Below are positions 1 to 12,449 of a DNA stretch of 59,964 nt, piece after piece. The translations under genes were made by a program, and so were the position numbers. Source of the stretch: Perkinsus olseni (lineage: Eukaryota). The stretch lies in NCBI GenBank assembly GCA_013115125.1, contig JABANN010000004.1:124001-183964 (forward strand), in the 5' to 3' direction. Within the stretch, counting starts at the first letter, position 1. Every line of letters begins with the position of its first letter. Under the pieces are notes generated by a model. The model was not told where the DNA came from. It did no database searches and worked only from the letters and a program-made list of their open reading frames with translations.

Positions 1-351
1 CTGAGCCATAACGATATCGAAGAGTACGTAGAACTGCGGAGTGCATTGAAGGTCAGTATTTCTACGTCAAGATACAACATTCCTGTCGAGGCGTGCGGTA
101 TCCAAATGACAGCGTGCGACGAGACTCTCCTAAGAAGGCTTTCGGCCGATATCGAAAGTCTACCAGGAGTCGTCGCCGATGAGGTGGCTTACCTCAACAC
201 ATCCCGCCGCAAATTCGAGGTACAGAGGAGTTGCGGGGATGCGTCAGCCGAGCGTCATTCTTCAGATAGAGTGCATGTACTGCCAGGGGCTCGACTTTTT
301 GTCCGAGTCCTATCTCATTACCAAAATTTTATCCGATCCTCCTCCTCATAA
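1..351 (+). CDS. Possible 3' end of a hypothetical protein (runs off the window start)
   Basis: Frame 1 is open from base 1 to TAA at 349-351; no recognisable motif. Confidence 0.25.
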   Translation: MSHNDIEEYVELRSALKVSISTSRYNIPVEACGIQMTACDETLLRRLSADIESLPGVVADEVAYLNTSRRKFEVQRSCGDASAERHSSDRVHVLPGARLFVRVLSHYQNFIRSSSS

Positions 352-1009
352 GTTGTCATGAAAACACGATTACCCATCAGCGCTTCGCTGGTGTTTCCTT
401 ATTGCAGTTTTGTGGTGTTAAAATACAAGTACGGTCGGGGGTGAATTCAACACTCACTGGTACGAGATTCATCTGACGAAGTGCATGAAGCTCGCGCACT
501 GGAGAGTGGTCCTAATCCAGCCCAAACGCAGACTAGTATGTTGGTGGACATGTCCGCTTGTACAGCGAAAACTGCGAAGCTGTTTGTGGTGGCCTGTGGG
601 CACAGTCCCTCACACGCCTCTCTGGCAAGTATGGCACACGTAGACCTACGTATGTTATCTACTCAGGTTGAAGATTCTGGTAACATTCGCACGAACTGAC
701 TTCAGGAACTCAAGAAACCATTGATCTTTGAGATTCCGAGACTCACACTATCACACTAAGACTGATACGAAGCATAAAGATCATTGTTACAGGGCATATA
801 CACCCAATAATCGCCCGACGCGCATACGGGAAGTGTGTTGCCAAAAGCGAAGTAGTTAAAAAGGACGTCATCACAGGCATAGGCCGAACGATGCGTTCCA
901 ATGCAAATGTCGACAAGGAGGTATAGATACTGATCATCACCTTCATGTCGTCGGAGTTACAAGTATCATCACAAACCCTCAAAGACGTACTACCGCAGGA
1001 AACCGAGAT

Positions 1010-1843
1010 TTAACGCACTCTGGGCGGCGGGACCCAACCGAGACCAAGCTGAGGGTGAGCTCCGACCATCGTCAGCTCTGGCTCAATATTGAAGCCCATC
1101 ACCCACACATTCTCGTCTCCGATGCTCTGGTACGCTGGAGAGGTCGTATTCTTACTGCCAGTCGGATCTACATTGCGTATGGTCTCTTCTCTACCCTGGA
1201 TGTGGGCGAAGTAGATCTCAGCGCATCTCTTGGAACCAGGAGAGAATCTCTGCCACGGACGATTGCGCATCGAGGCGACGAATGCACAAAGGCACTCATG
1301 TGATGTAAAGTTTACAAAAGCATAACCACGGTTGCTAATCTGAAAAGACACGAAGATGAACAACGCTGAACCTCAAACTTAGAATCACTTTGGCTGTGTC
1401 AACAGGGAGATAGAGAAGATCATAACCACCGTTCTTCATCATAGGGCAGGCTGCTTCAAGCTCATCACGCAGCATAGCGACGGTGTAACTGAACGGCATA
1501 GAGCATCATGAGCTGAGGGGAGGTGATTGACTATCTACGTTCGGGGAATGCGCTTGATCATAACAGTAGTCTTCCCTTCGCCGGAATTTGGCAAATCCTT
1601 CCCTCGGTTTAATGGTCGATTGAGAGGACCTTCGTCGATCTGGAGACGGCCAACATGAGCAGCCAAGGGTACCACCAACTCTGGATGTGAGGAGAATATC
1701 TCCCACAGACTACTGCCATAGTTGCCAGCATGAGTATCGTAGGTCGAACCAGCCGCGAACAACATCGATATGATGGAGAAGCTCCAGATACCTGCAACTT
1801 TGTTCAGCTGTGAGCATACCCTCCAACCCCCGATTGAAACCAC
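1010..1843 (-). CDS. Mei2-like RNA-binding protein (RRM_2 / Mei2 RRM3 domain), copy A; 5' end uncertain
   Basis: Spliced translation KTTVMIKRIPRT-YTVAMLRDELE...GYDLLYLPVDTAK-ISNRGYAFVNF...CAEIYFAHIQGREE matches the Mei2 C-terminal RRM signature (TTxMIxNIP, YDFxYLPxD, NxGYAFxNF, YARIQG). Two short GT-AG introns. Confidence 0.85.
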
Positions 1844-2993
1844 ACAAAGCGAAGTGAGCTGGAAGGAAATGGAAGAGCTCTTTCACTTCTTCACCGTCAA
1901 CTTCAGTGGTAAAATACATCTACTTAACAGACTACTCGCTCACACTGACCGAGATACACACTTGTTAAAGGAGAATGATAGTTTTACTGCTGTCATCGAA
2001 GAAGAGTTGATGAGCTATATAATCATCATTATCATCTCGGTGATAAGGACGATCATTCCTAGTAGTTCAGCACCGAAGGCTGAGCTACTGATACAATTGT
2101 GATGTTCAAGCGGTGTATGGCAATAACACAATCTAATTCAATCGCGGGAGGCTAGTCAAAGACCAACCCCATAATGTTCACGAGAGCTTACTGATGACAA
2201 TAACAGGCCACTTGCTGCTGCTGCTTCTGCCTACGGTGGCAACACTGCCAGGAAGGGCGGCAGGAGCAACAAAACAGCCTAACTCACCTCCGACTGTCGT
2301 CTGGCAGTAGTAGAGGTAGTAGTAGTAGCAGCATTGCCGCTACCGCGAGAATAAATATTTGGATAGAAACAACGATCATCCGTGCTATTGTATTTCTGTC
2401 GAAAGACCGGTTGAAAAACGACGCAGACGATAACTTGAGGTCGTATGGCGATGATGACGGTGATGATGATGATGATGCCAGAGAGGCTACTTATGCTGCC
2501 AGTGGAATGTGCTGCATGAAAGTAGATATAACAGCAGCACGAGCAGCAGCAAGAAACACTCACACGACAAACGACGCACTGACATACCTTAGTAATCTAC
2601 AGGAGGACAACAGCAATAGAGAGGAGGAAGAAGAAGAAAAGGTGAAAAGCGTACAATAATATCACCCAATGGGAAATAGTGAGATAAGGAACAGGTCGAA
2701 CAAGATGGTGATGGTGACCAGGAATGATAGTACCACAATACGTGACACTAAGATGATGAAGGACATCATAACGGAACTGGCTCGATGTTCTTCTCCTTGT
2801 TGTTGTTATCAGGAACAAGTAATTGAGCTGTACGATAGTCTACAGGGGCACTGACGCCCACCACAAGATAATACACAGCTGATGACGAAATTGATGACGG
2901 CTACTTTGACCGGGACAGCAGCAGCAGAACACACACTACAACAGCAAATGCCCTCCCACCGCCATACAGTGGTACAAATCGGCAACACGCCGA

Positions 2994-4323
2994 TTAGTAG
3001 AAACGATAGTCGGATGAAGAAGAAGCAGATGCTGGGATGAACTCGGGGGAGTTGACCGAGAACTGATAGGCATCTACCATTGGGGAGAGTCGTCCAGAGA
3101 CGCTCTGCTGCGATGATAGGCCATTAGTAGAAGCAGCACGGTAATACGCACAGATACACGTACCAGCTGATACAGAGCCACCACAAACGATGCACTGATC
3201 ATTACGGGATCGTCGATGAGAAGAGGGATACCCGGAAGTAGCAGATCTCATAGTGTAGGACATAAGGTTGTTGTTGTTGCGGGACTTGTTGGAACCCCTC
3301 CTCGAGTGCTGGAATCCTCCTGGCGGTTCGTTGTACCCCAACACCCAACACTTATCATCACCAATACTCTGGTAAGCAGGCGATGTAGTATTCTTGTTAC
3401 CAGTAGGGTCCACACTTCGGATTGTCTCCTCTCGTCCTTGTATATGGGCGAAGTAGATCTCGCATTCCTTGACCTCGCCATTAGCTGGCTGATGAGGACC
3501 ATGAGCACGCTGACCTGGCCACTCGTAGTTCTGGAATGCCGAGGCAAACACGAGGACATGCTTGGGGGATCGGAAGTTGATGAATGCATAACCGCGGTTA
3601 GCGACCTGAGAAGGCTAGATACTAGGAAGTCAGCTCAAACAGGTTCTCCTACCTTAGCCGTATCAACAGGTAGATAGAGAAGATCATAGCCGCCATTCCT
3701 CAGTGCAGGACAGCGACGGTCAATCTCGTCTCGGAGCATCGCAACGGTGTACCTACAGTAACTCATACTGCAATTGTCGTCCGCTGCTTGTACACCTACC
3801 TTCTGGGGATCCTCTTGATCATCACGGTGGTCCTTTTGTCGTTGCCAGTACGCAAAAGCTCCTCGACATTAACAGGAACCATTGGCCCGGGTGAACCGTT
3901 ACTTCCGTTGTTGTTGAGGCCCATAGCAGCAGACTGCTGTTGATATCCTGCAGACTGGCGACGGAGTAGATCCGAGTCCGACGCCAGCGAGGGTGTAGGA
4001 GAGGACCTTCCCAAGTGGTGAGTACTGTACTCGTAGGAGCTGTGTGAAGAGGCCAAATCATCACTCGACAACAGGCCAGCAGTAGAGCCGCCAGCTGTTG
4101 TTGATGGCGCACCGGTGGAAGCGTTGTCGTCGATATCAGCAGGGTGCTGGTGGCAACAGCCGCTATTCATGACCTCCAACAAGGAGTCCAAGAGATCAGG
4201 GTTGGTTCTAGCGAACAAATCACAGAGACTCTCTGCTGGGGCATTGGGGTCAGCTTGACCCGATGCCTCGAGGAACGATATCTCCCTTATTAGCTGTTCA
4301 ATCCCAGTGGTATCAACCGTCAT
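2994..4323 (-). CDS. Mei2-like RNA-binding protein (RRM_2 domain), copy B
   Basis: RTTVMIKRIPRR-YTVAMLRDEID...GYDLLYLPVDTAK-VANRGYAFINF...CEIYFAHIQGREE; same two intron positions as copy A. Confidence 0.9.
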
Positions 4324-4682
4324 TGTTGATGAAATCGGAAGGGAAGAGATAAATACAACTAATGATGATGGTGGTGGTGGAAGATTAGACTATCACAGCT
4401 AAAGAGAAGTAATGACGGTAGCAGTACATTGCAACGATGGTTAACACAGTGATGCCGGGAGCTGCTGCTGGTACTGCTGCTGCGAGTCGTGGATTGCAGC
4501 AACACTCAAATAGAACATGACCTGGGAAAAAGATTCGTCATCAACCGATTGACCACAAAGCTAGTGGCTCACAATCTCGACTCTCAAGGACCTCCAAAAG
4601 CAATAGTTGAGGAGTCGCAAGATATCAAGATATCAAGTCGAACGTTCGTCGTTGATAGTTTGAGGCGGATTTTACTTGAAAG

Positions 4683-6211
4683 ATGTCATCTTCCGACTTT
4701 GACCATCTACCAGGCCCCTTAATCAGTGGCATAAACACTGTAGCGGATACTATAGGCTTTCCTGATGATCAGATAGTACTGCTGGGATGCCTGCTGCTAA
4801 GCATTGGAATATCTTTTTGGTTTCGCACCTTGACGAACGGCGTCGCCAGGTTGTATACTAGTCTTATCCTTGGCCTGGTACTCACCTATGTTCTTCAAGG
4901 ACCGTGGAACACCGCTGTTGTATTGATGGCAAGCATTGGTAATTACCTTCTGGTTGTACTATTCCCTAAGAGGCCATCACTCGTTGCCATCAACAGTATG
5001 GCTGTGCTGAGTGCTTTTCATCTTTGGAGAATGAAGGTGGACTATCTGGGATGGAAATTGGACATAACATTACCGCTGATGATCTTCACGGCCAAATACG
5101 TGACCTTTGCGTATGATTGTTACGACGGTCTCCTACTAAAGGAAGGTAAACCGTTGTCGATCAAGAAGCATCAGCAAGATTATCGTCTCAAAAACTGTCT
5201 TGAGGGCATACCCGACATCGTATCCTACCTATCCTATATATTCGGTTTTTTCGGTGCCCTGTGCGGTCCCGTGTTCTTCTGTCGAGAGTACCTTGACTGG
5301 GTATACCTCCGTGGATGCTTCTCCGAGCTAAGTCACATCAGTACCGTAAAGCCCACTCTAAAGGCACTGTTGAAGTGTGCCTGTTGTGGTATAGTGATGC
5401 TCTTTGCTAATACGTTCCTACCAGTATCATCTGTGACAACCTCGTGGTTCCGTTCTCTGTCATTCGTAGTGCGTGTACCTCTACTATGCGTTACTGTAAG
5501 TTGGTATCGGTCCAAGTTCTTCTTCTGTTGGTACCTTTGCGAGGCTGTTGGGGATGCCTGTGGGTTCGGCCTGTCTGATGCGAAGACACAGACATTCAAG
5601 CGTGCAGAAAATGGCGACGTGTTGCATGTCGAGTTCGCCTTGAATGCTCCAGAGGCCCTCAACAATTGGAATACCAGAGTTGCCGAGTGGCTGAAGTACT
5701 ACATCTACCAACGAGTCACCAAGCCTTCCTTCGTGACGTTCATGAGCAGTAAGGACTATGCTACTTTGGTAACACGATCGATAAGCGCTTTCTGGCATGG
5801 CTTCTATCCAGGATACTACCTATTCTTCTTATGTAATAAGGGCGGGAGATTGTTTCGACGCAACGTCGATTCTGAGGATATATGCTCGTTTCAGGTTCAA
5901 TCCTCGAGACTACCGCTGATAGCCTTGGTAGGCATTATCTTGGCCCCATGTTCTACGGCGATAATGCTCCCTATGCAAAGTACTATCCCTTCTACGCATT
6001 CTTCGCGTGGGCGCAGACGTTCTTTTCACTCAACTACTACGGTACCGGACAAGTAATGTTGGAGTATGGGAGGACCATGGAGGTGTGGCGGTCTGTGTAC
6101 TTCATTGGCCATGTGTGGCACATTGCGGTTATCGTATTATTGCCTAAGCTGATCGGGAAGATCACGAAAATAAACGGAGAGGGGAAGAAGAAAGAAATGA
6201 AGGCGGAGTGA
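4683..6211 (+). CDS. MBOAT-family lysophospholipid acyltransferase (ALE1/LPCAT-like)
   Basis: Multi-TM protein with WNTRVAEWLKYYIY and SAFWHGFYPGYYLFF (catalytic His). One short intron (~5833-5894) joins the 4683 and 5882 ORFs. Confidence 0.92.
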
Positions 6212-6350
6212 TTGGTACTACCTCTTGGACAGTTTGGCGTTACATTGCGATTGTGTTTTGAGTTACTGAACACAAGGGGTTGTATTAAACTGAACATATT
6301 CTCTACACGAGCTAATAGTGACGACTAAACAATGATCATTCGAGAATTTT

Positions 6351-7343
6351 TCATTTCTGAGCAAATCTGTACATGGCATAATTGTAATCACGAGCTTGCT
6401 GGGAAGCACGCCGACCGTGTAGTTTTTGTACAACCTTCTCCATAGTACTGGACCGGCCGCCCCTCTTGTTCTGGGCATCTCTATCAACTTCATGTTCTGC
6501 AAGGTCCATCTGAATGACCATCACTTCCCAGTGGAGTCACGCTATAGAGAACTTACCCCTAATGACTTCTTGATAGCGATTGACCGATCGAGTAGATGAG
6601 TGTACTGCCGATCGTACATCCGTCGCCGCTCACGTGAGTAACACATATCAGCTAGCCTCCTACGATCAGCAGGACCACATTCTAATACTTCCACTCATAT
6701 CACATGCCTACATGTAATGTCGTTTCTCCTCTTCAAGATTAGCAAGATATTCTCGTCTACTATCCTCGTTCATGGTTGAAACCGAACGCACCTCCCACCT
6801 ACGCAGGACTTAATGCCGGTGATACTGAGTCGACCGCGGCTACTTGGTAACGGCTGTTGTTATCTTCCTATCTCTTGACTGGATGCACTTACCGAATAGT
6901 TGTGCCAATGCTTGGCAAGTCATGAGCCCTCTGATAGTGAAACACTCTACCCGACATCATCCCCGCCCAATACTACTTCCTCGGCCCCATAGCCCTGTAT
7001 TCGACACATTGTTCTAGTGTAGCAGCAGGCCCTGTGCAGTCACTTATACCCTCTACCACCGACACTGAATACACCGACCAATGGGCATAAAAGGTGAGGC
7101 AGAACAATCGTACTAGGCATATGATGGGGTATCTCCGGTAGGGTATATCGCTCCTTGTAGTGGAGGAATAGGTTAGCACTAGGTAGGTCACTGAATTAAA
7201 GAGGGTCAACCCCGTGAGATACCAACACCCTACTCTCGCCAAAAGCTGTTCTTTCCGGTCCTGTCTACCCCGTCCATACCACAGACCGAATTAACTATAA
7301 CAACCCCTGTCCAAGTCTAATACTCCAACACAACCCTTGACAT
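6351..7343 (-). CDS. Twin-CX9C (CHCH-like) protein, paralog 2
   Basis: Manual splicing gives MSRVVLETGKNSFWRDDLPSANLFLHYKERYTLPEIPHHMP...DCTGPAATLEQCV...TCQALAQLFGKCIQSRDRKITTAVTKWE...MYDRQYTHLLDR...AQNKRGG...YRFAQK*. One splice junction between the two Cys motifs is not fully resolved. An in-frame alternative ATG lies at 7364. Confidence 0.75.
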
Positions 7344-7404
7344 ACTACTCAGAAACATGTTCATATACAACAGTTCAATAGCAGCACTCCTGGTCACATC
7401 ATCA

Positions 7405-8349
7405 TCATCGGAATATGGGGCTATTGACGTCACTGTAGCGATCCGCATTCGTAGCGTCCAGTCGATGAGTGAAGGTCCGTATTATTGTATCCAAATTATG
7501 TGTAGTGCCTCCCCTCTTGTTCTGATTAACCTATCAAAAGCGCCACTTTACCACCGGTCAACATAACGCCCGTTCCTACTCTCGAGACCTCATTCTCATC
7601 CAAGGCTATACCTAACGTCTGTTTAACATTGATAACCCTGTCTAAAACATGCGTGTACTGACGGTCGTAGTACTTCTGTTTATCCTTTTGCTTTGACTGA
7701 TCTGATAGATACCTGTAACATTACATCATCCGTCGCACTATCTATGCCCAACTACTCATAGTATCTCTGACGACGCTCCAATCCGTCAACGTACTCATGC
7801 TTGGCGAGATCTGACAGCTCCGACACTGCTGATCTCTCCCACCTATCCAACGGCGATTTCCTCCGATCAGGATGATGGGGCGACTCACTTCATAATCTCC
7901 CGCATAATCCTAGCATCCCTTCGTCGTACACAGCGCTCGAAGCAGAGGTGTGTTGCCTTACAGCCAATAAGGCGAGCGTATCTGTTGAGCACTCTCGGCT
8001 GACGAAGCTGCCTTTCCCTGCTACTACGGTCGCCTTGGATGCTCCCTCTGAATGCCATAATCAAGACATCGTTCAAGCGCGTAAAACTCATTCATACAGT
8101 CGGGTATATGCTGGAGGGATGACTCTAGTAAGAAGAATAAGAGTAACAGGGATGAGGTGAATACTACGTGGCATGGAGTGTGGCATGTCTGGATACTGTA
8201 TACGATCCTTCAGGCTATGAAGCTCCGCCCAGGTCAGGTTAGAACTGAAGAAAGGGAAGAAGATCTGCCGAGTTACTCCATTGGTGAGTTGCTTACTCTC
8301 GCTCAAACTTATTGAGCTCGGTGCGATCTGTACGATTGACCTTAGCCAT
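7405..8349 (-). CDS. Twin-CX9C (CHCH-like) protein, paralog 1
   Basis: Manual splicing, frame-consistent across GT-AG introns: MAKVNRTDRTELNKFERDSNLTWAELHSLKDRIQYPDMPHSMPQSSLQHIPDCMNEFYALERCLDYGIQREHPRRPYARLIGCKATHLCFERCVRRRDARIMREIMKWE...YYDRQYTHVLDR...NQNKRGG...SPIFR*. Confidence 0.8.
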
Positions 8350-8462
8350 TAGTAACAGAAGTCCTGTAGAATATGCTGATGAAGTGGTCAACTCAACGCA
8401 CTGGATAGGACAGGGAAAGAACAATTTACAAAATAGTGACAATTATGATACAAGGGCGGCTA

Positions 8463-9469
8463 CTACTGCGAAGACGGCCCCCTGAACCAATTACCAGCCT
8501 TTGATACTAGCCCGCCGATGCCGCCTCCTTGGGAGACCATGGCGCCCAATGCCTGCTGCGATGCCCACGATTGCAACCGACGCTGGGACTCTAAGAGACG
8601 ACAGCCGAAAGTGTTGTACATGTCGAGAGATAGAGATGTACCTTTTGAGCATTTCCAATACCCAACAACATTAGCAAAGGAAAGGATGAGGCCCATGATG
8701 TTGAGTACAACGTAGTCGAATGATAGGGATATTAAGTTGGATATGGCACCACCAAGCCAGAATAAAGGGAAGATGTACTGATCATGACGACGAGGTTTGG
8801 TGTGGGTCCAAGCCTACTGGCAATATTACCAAAGCTCCCCAGAATATTGTCTTATCCGTTGGATTGAGAGATCTCTCAAACTCCTCTCCCTGTGATTCGA
8901 ACACCCATGTTGATTGACCAGGCTCACCACCAGCTTCCGAATCCTTCGATGTCTCATACTCGTTCCACCATCGTAGGCCGACTAGGAGCCTATGGAGTCG
9001 TGACCACAGTACGAGCCAACGGCCAATCTCATCATGACTACCTTCCTGTTACATTCTTAACCGTCCAGAAGTCCAGCGCCAGGCATGTAGTGGTACAGAC
9101 AAAGGTAACTATGGACGGCGACTTGGGAAAGGCTCAGCGGTGGGACCCATAATACTCACTTATATAGCTCTTGCCTGATATATAATATACAACCCAGTAG
9201 GAGAATATGGCAGCTAGTTTGAATAGGATATGGAAGACACATACCCAGGGATGGGCTGAATGAGCCAATACTGTGTTGGAGAAAGTACCTGATGAGCTAC
9301 ATACAGTGGAAAGGCGTATACCAGCAGTACTACCAGCACGGGTATCAGTGGCCACTTCGGGACCATCCACGCCACCTATGGGAGGTAGGGCACTGGTGGA
9401 GAAGTCACTAAACTCCAGTCTAACATTCTGGGAGTCACTGCCACTACCAGCACCAGCCGGATCGGTCAT
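8463..9469 (-). CDS. TVP23: Golgi membrane protein TVP23 (FAM18/DUF846 family)
   Basis: HPWVCVFHILFK, LDFWTVKNVTGR, LVSQSTWVFES, FWGAL and ANVVGYWKCSK motifs across exons. Confidence 0.88.
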
Positions 9470-9720
9470 TTTTAATACTACTGTGGACAGACCAGTGAGG
9501 GTAAAAGATAGATGGTACAACCGAAATCGTGTTTCCAGCGGACAGTCCCCTCGGAGTAGATACACCAAGGAATCGGTCATCACGTGCAGTTCAAAAAATG
9601 AAAACCGCGAAACAAAACACACTTCGCTCCGTCGTCCGTTTGAAATTTGTGATGCTGCAGAGACATGGGCTCATCGTCGTTGCTGTCGCGTTGTAGAATT
9701 TGTTAAGTAGTGGAGTGTCT

Positions 9721-10454
9721 ATGTCCTGCTGCTTTGGTATGGATAAGAAGATCAAGGATTTGAACGCTAAGCTTTATGATGTTGGCCCCGTTAAACAAGC
9801 TTCGGATCTCTCGGGATTGGCACCGGTATTACTACTACCATTCATCGACATTCTGTTATCTCTCTCCTGTCGTAGGTGGGTGTATGCTCCCTCCTTGCCG
9901 GGGCTTTTATTGGATCCCTATGCCTACTGACTGGATGTGCGGTTAACACCGTTTGTAATCTGGTTGGATTCTGTTATCCCGTATACAAGAGTTATGAGCT
10001 CGTCGAGGCGGCCAACCCCACTAATGATCAAACTAAGGTCAGTCATCATCATAACCCGAGTAGGTGATGAGCTATGCTGTCGTCTGTCCGCAGGCTATAT
10101 TGACCTATTGGACGGTCTTTGGGGGTTTCATGTTGGTTGAGGCTATTATCGATAATCTCTTCTTCTGGGTGCCCCTATACTATTTCCTAAGGGTCGGCTT
10201 CCAGGTAGTGATGACATCCCATGCCAACCAACGACATCCCGACGCTTCTCAGGTATACCTGTTCTACCCCGACTTCCGTGGATCTTCTAAGCTATACGCC
10301 CTAGCTGTCAAGCCCACTCTCACTCATGTTGCCAAGCTCTCCCCGTTGGTCACTGCCACTCCCACAGTAGGTTACCCTGCTGTTACCTCCTCCCAAGCAT
10401 CTTCCCCATTTTCAGGCCGCCGCGGCTGGAGGTGCTGGCAAGCGATCTGATTGA
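9721..10454 (+). CDS. TB2/DP1/HVA22 (Yop1/REEP) ER-shaping protein
   Basis: CNLVGFCYPVYKSY, ILTYWTVFG, FWVPLYYFLR, YLFYPDFRGSSKLY. Confidence 0.88.
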
Positions 10455-10760
10455 TATGCTGGTGCTGTTATGTCGACTGAGGGGTGGATCATCGCCTACC
10501 GCCATGCAGGTAGACTCGTGCTGGTATCATTCACATGTTATTGATACCAACACACAACTACTACCATTGATGGCAATGATGATCGTACCATGCTGCTACT
10601 GCTAATACTGCCAACAACAACAACAACTAATCATTCCCATCCATTATCATATCCCCTTTTATTGCTGCATCAGTTTGAACTTAGTACTATTCACCATTGT
10701 TGAGCTTGGTGTAGTCGGGGCCATCGCGGCACTGTGAAAGCCCTAGTTTGATACTGTATA

Positions 10761-12222
10761 ATGTCTACCACTAAGCAACGAAGTAGAAGAGGACTTCCCA
10801 CCAAGAAGAGGCCGGCATTCCGGCTCAACAGAGTCCTGTTCACACTTGCCTACTTCGTCATCCTCTTGGCCCTATCGGCCTGGGCTTTAGTCATGTGGTT
10901 CCAGTCAACAGCACAAGTTGATGCCTCCTTACTATCCCGTCTCACTGGACAACAGGTAGTACTAATACTGGCTCATCATTTTGATAACTCTCTTCATCTT
11001 GGCAGCTCACGGACCTCGCCCAAAGATACGGCGTTAATCTGGTCATACCAGCCAACCCTATTGGTATAAGCGTTAATCTTATCCTTACTGCAGCAATTCT
11101 AGCCCCAGTGGCAGCTGCAATAGGGATAGCCAAGAGAAGTATTCTAAAATTAAGGTAGGCTCTCTCAGTAGCGGTACAGCTCTGTAGCCAGCATGTTACA
11201 GGTCAATGCACTGCCTATCTGCTATTCTCGCAACATTACTCGTGATATCCTTGTTGGCAATCGTTTGTTGTGGCGTACTGGTATGTATCTGTTTCTATGG
11301 TGTGGGCATAGTATCCGATCTCACTCATCAGGAGATACAACGTGAGGTAGGAGTAGCAGCAGGCCTAGTCGTGTTATTGAATGTGGATCATCATCTCTAG
11401 CTGCTCACTGTTGTTTTTTAGTTGGCTTCCTACGGGGCACCCCTTGATACATCTAATATCTCCCATACTGTTGCGATGTAATGGGTGATGGACCGTCCTA
11501 TCACCGTCATCACTGTCATTAGTATTCAGGTTTGTACCATCAGCTGTAACACTGTATGAACTGGGTAGATGCACCTCGACCCCAGCTGTGGTCAGTTGTG
11601 CCACTCCCCAACTTGATGCTATCTCGTGCCCCGCTGTCCCACGTCAAGGTACTCATCGCCTCCTCCCCTTCCTCTACGCCACCCCCTACTTACAGGTGTT
11701 GAATTCGTGAGCATTGTGAATAGGATATGTTCATCCTTACCGGCCGTCACTGATTATCCCGTCTTCAACGACCGCTGCCACGCCTGCGTAGCGACAGCTG
11801 CTGCCGGCCGCCCTACCCCTGCATCCCAGGTGAGTAGTACCGTTACCTCCCACCGACCACCTCGTCGTTGAGCTTAGGTGGCCTGCTTATGTGGTACCCA
11901 GTTGGAGCTGTACCTCAACGCCATCTCCCCAGAGCAACAGGCCAAGTGGAAGGAGACAGCCATCTTCAATGGTGTCACGGCTGGTATAGCAATCGTTACT
12001 CTACTCTTGTGGATTGGCTCACAGGTATCACGTATAATGATGACGGCAGAGGCAGTTCGTTATGGCTCGATATCTTTTTAGGTCATGTGCCCTACCTGCC
12101 TCGTTAGACGGCAGCATCCTCTTGTTGATACTATAACTGCAACGGAGGAAGGGAGATCACCTACCCCTCCGGGACACAAGGAGACAGCTAGCCCCTGCTC
12201 TGACGGTGATGAGATGGATGAT

Positions 12223-12262
<40 letters not shown>

Positions 12263-12351
12263 CTATAATAAATCCACCTGTATCCCCCGGAGCTGGTGGT
12301 GTAGGCTGCGTACCTGGCCCCAGCAACAAGTCGTACCAACCGTTGCCTTAG
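10761..12351 (+). CDS. Tetraspanin-like 4-TM protein with Cys-rich large loop
   Basis: Spliced model: basic N-terminus, three hydrophobic segments, a loop with 8 Cys, a fourth TM (GVTAGIAIVTLLLWIG) and a Ser-rich tail. The canonical loop CCG is absent. Confidence 0.6.
12223..12261 (+). repeat. (AGC)n microsatellite encoding poly-Ser
   Basis: About 13 AGC units inside the last exon of the tetraspanin-like gene. Confidence 0.9.
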
Positions 12352-12449
12352 TAACGCTTTTGTATTATCCATGAGGTGAGTCACCCCTTCCTCAGCAAGG
12401 GCCATTGTAGTTCCTCGCCATTGTAGAACAGACCCTCCGTGTGATTATC

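Noticed and set aside
2100-2990. Several 60-94 aa ORFs between the Mei2-like genes
   Set aside because: Low-complexity (GAT/GCA) UTR-like sequence with no coherent exon model.
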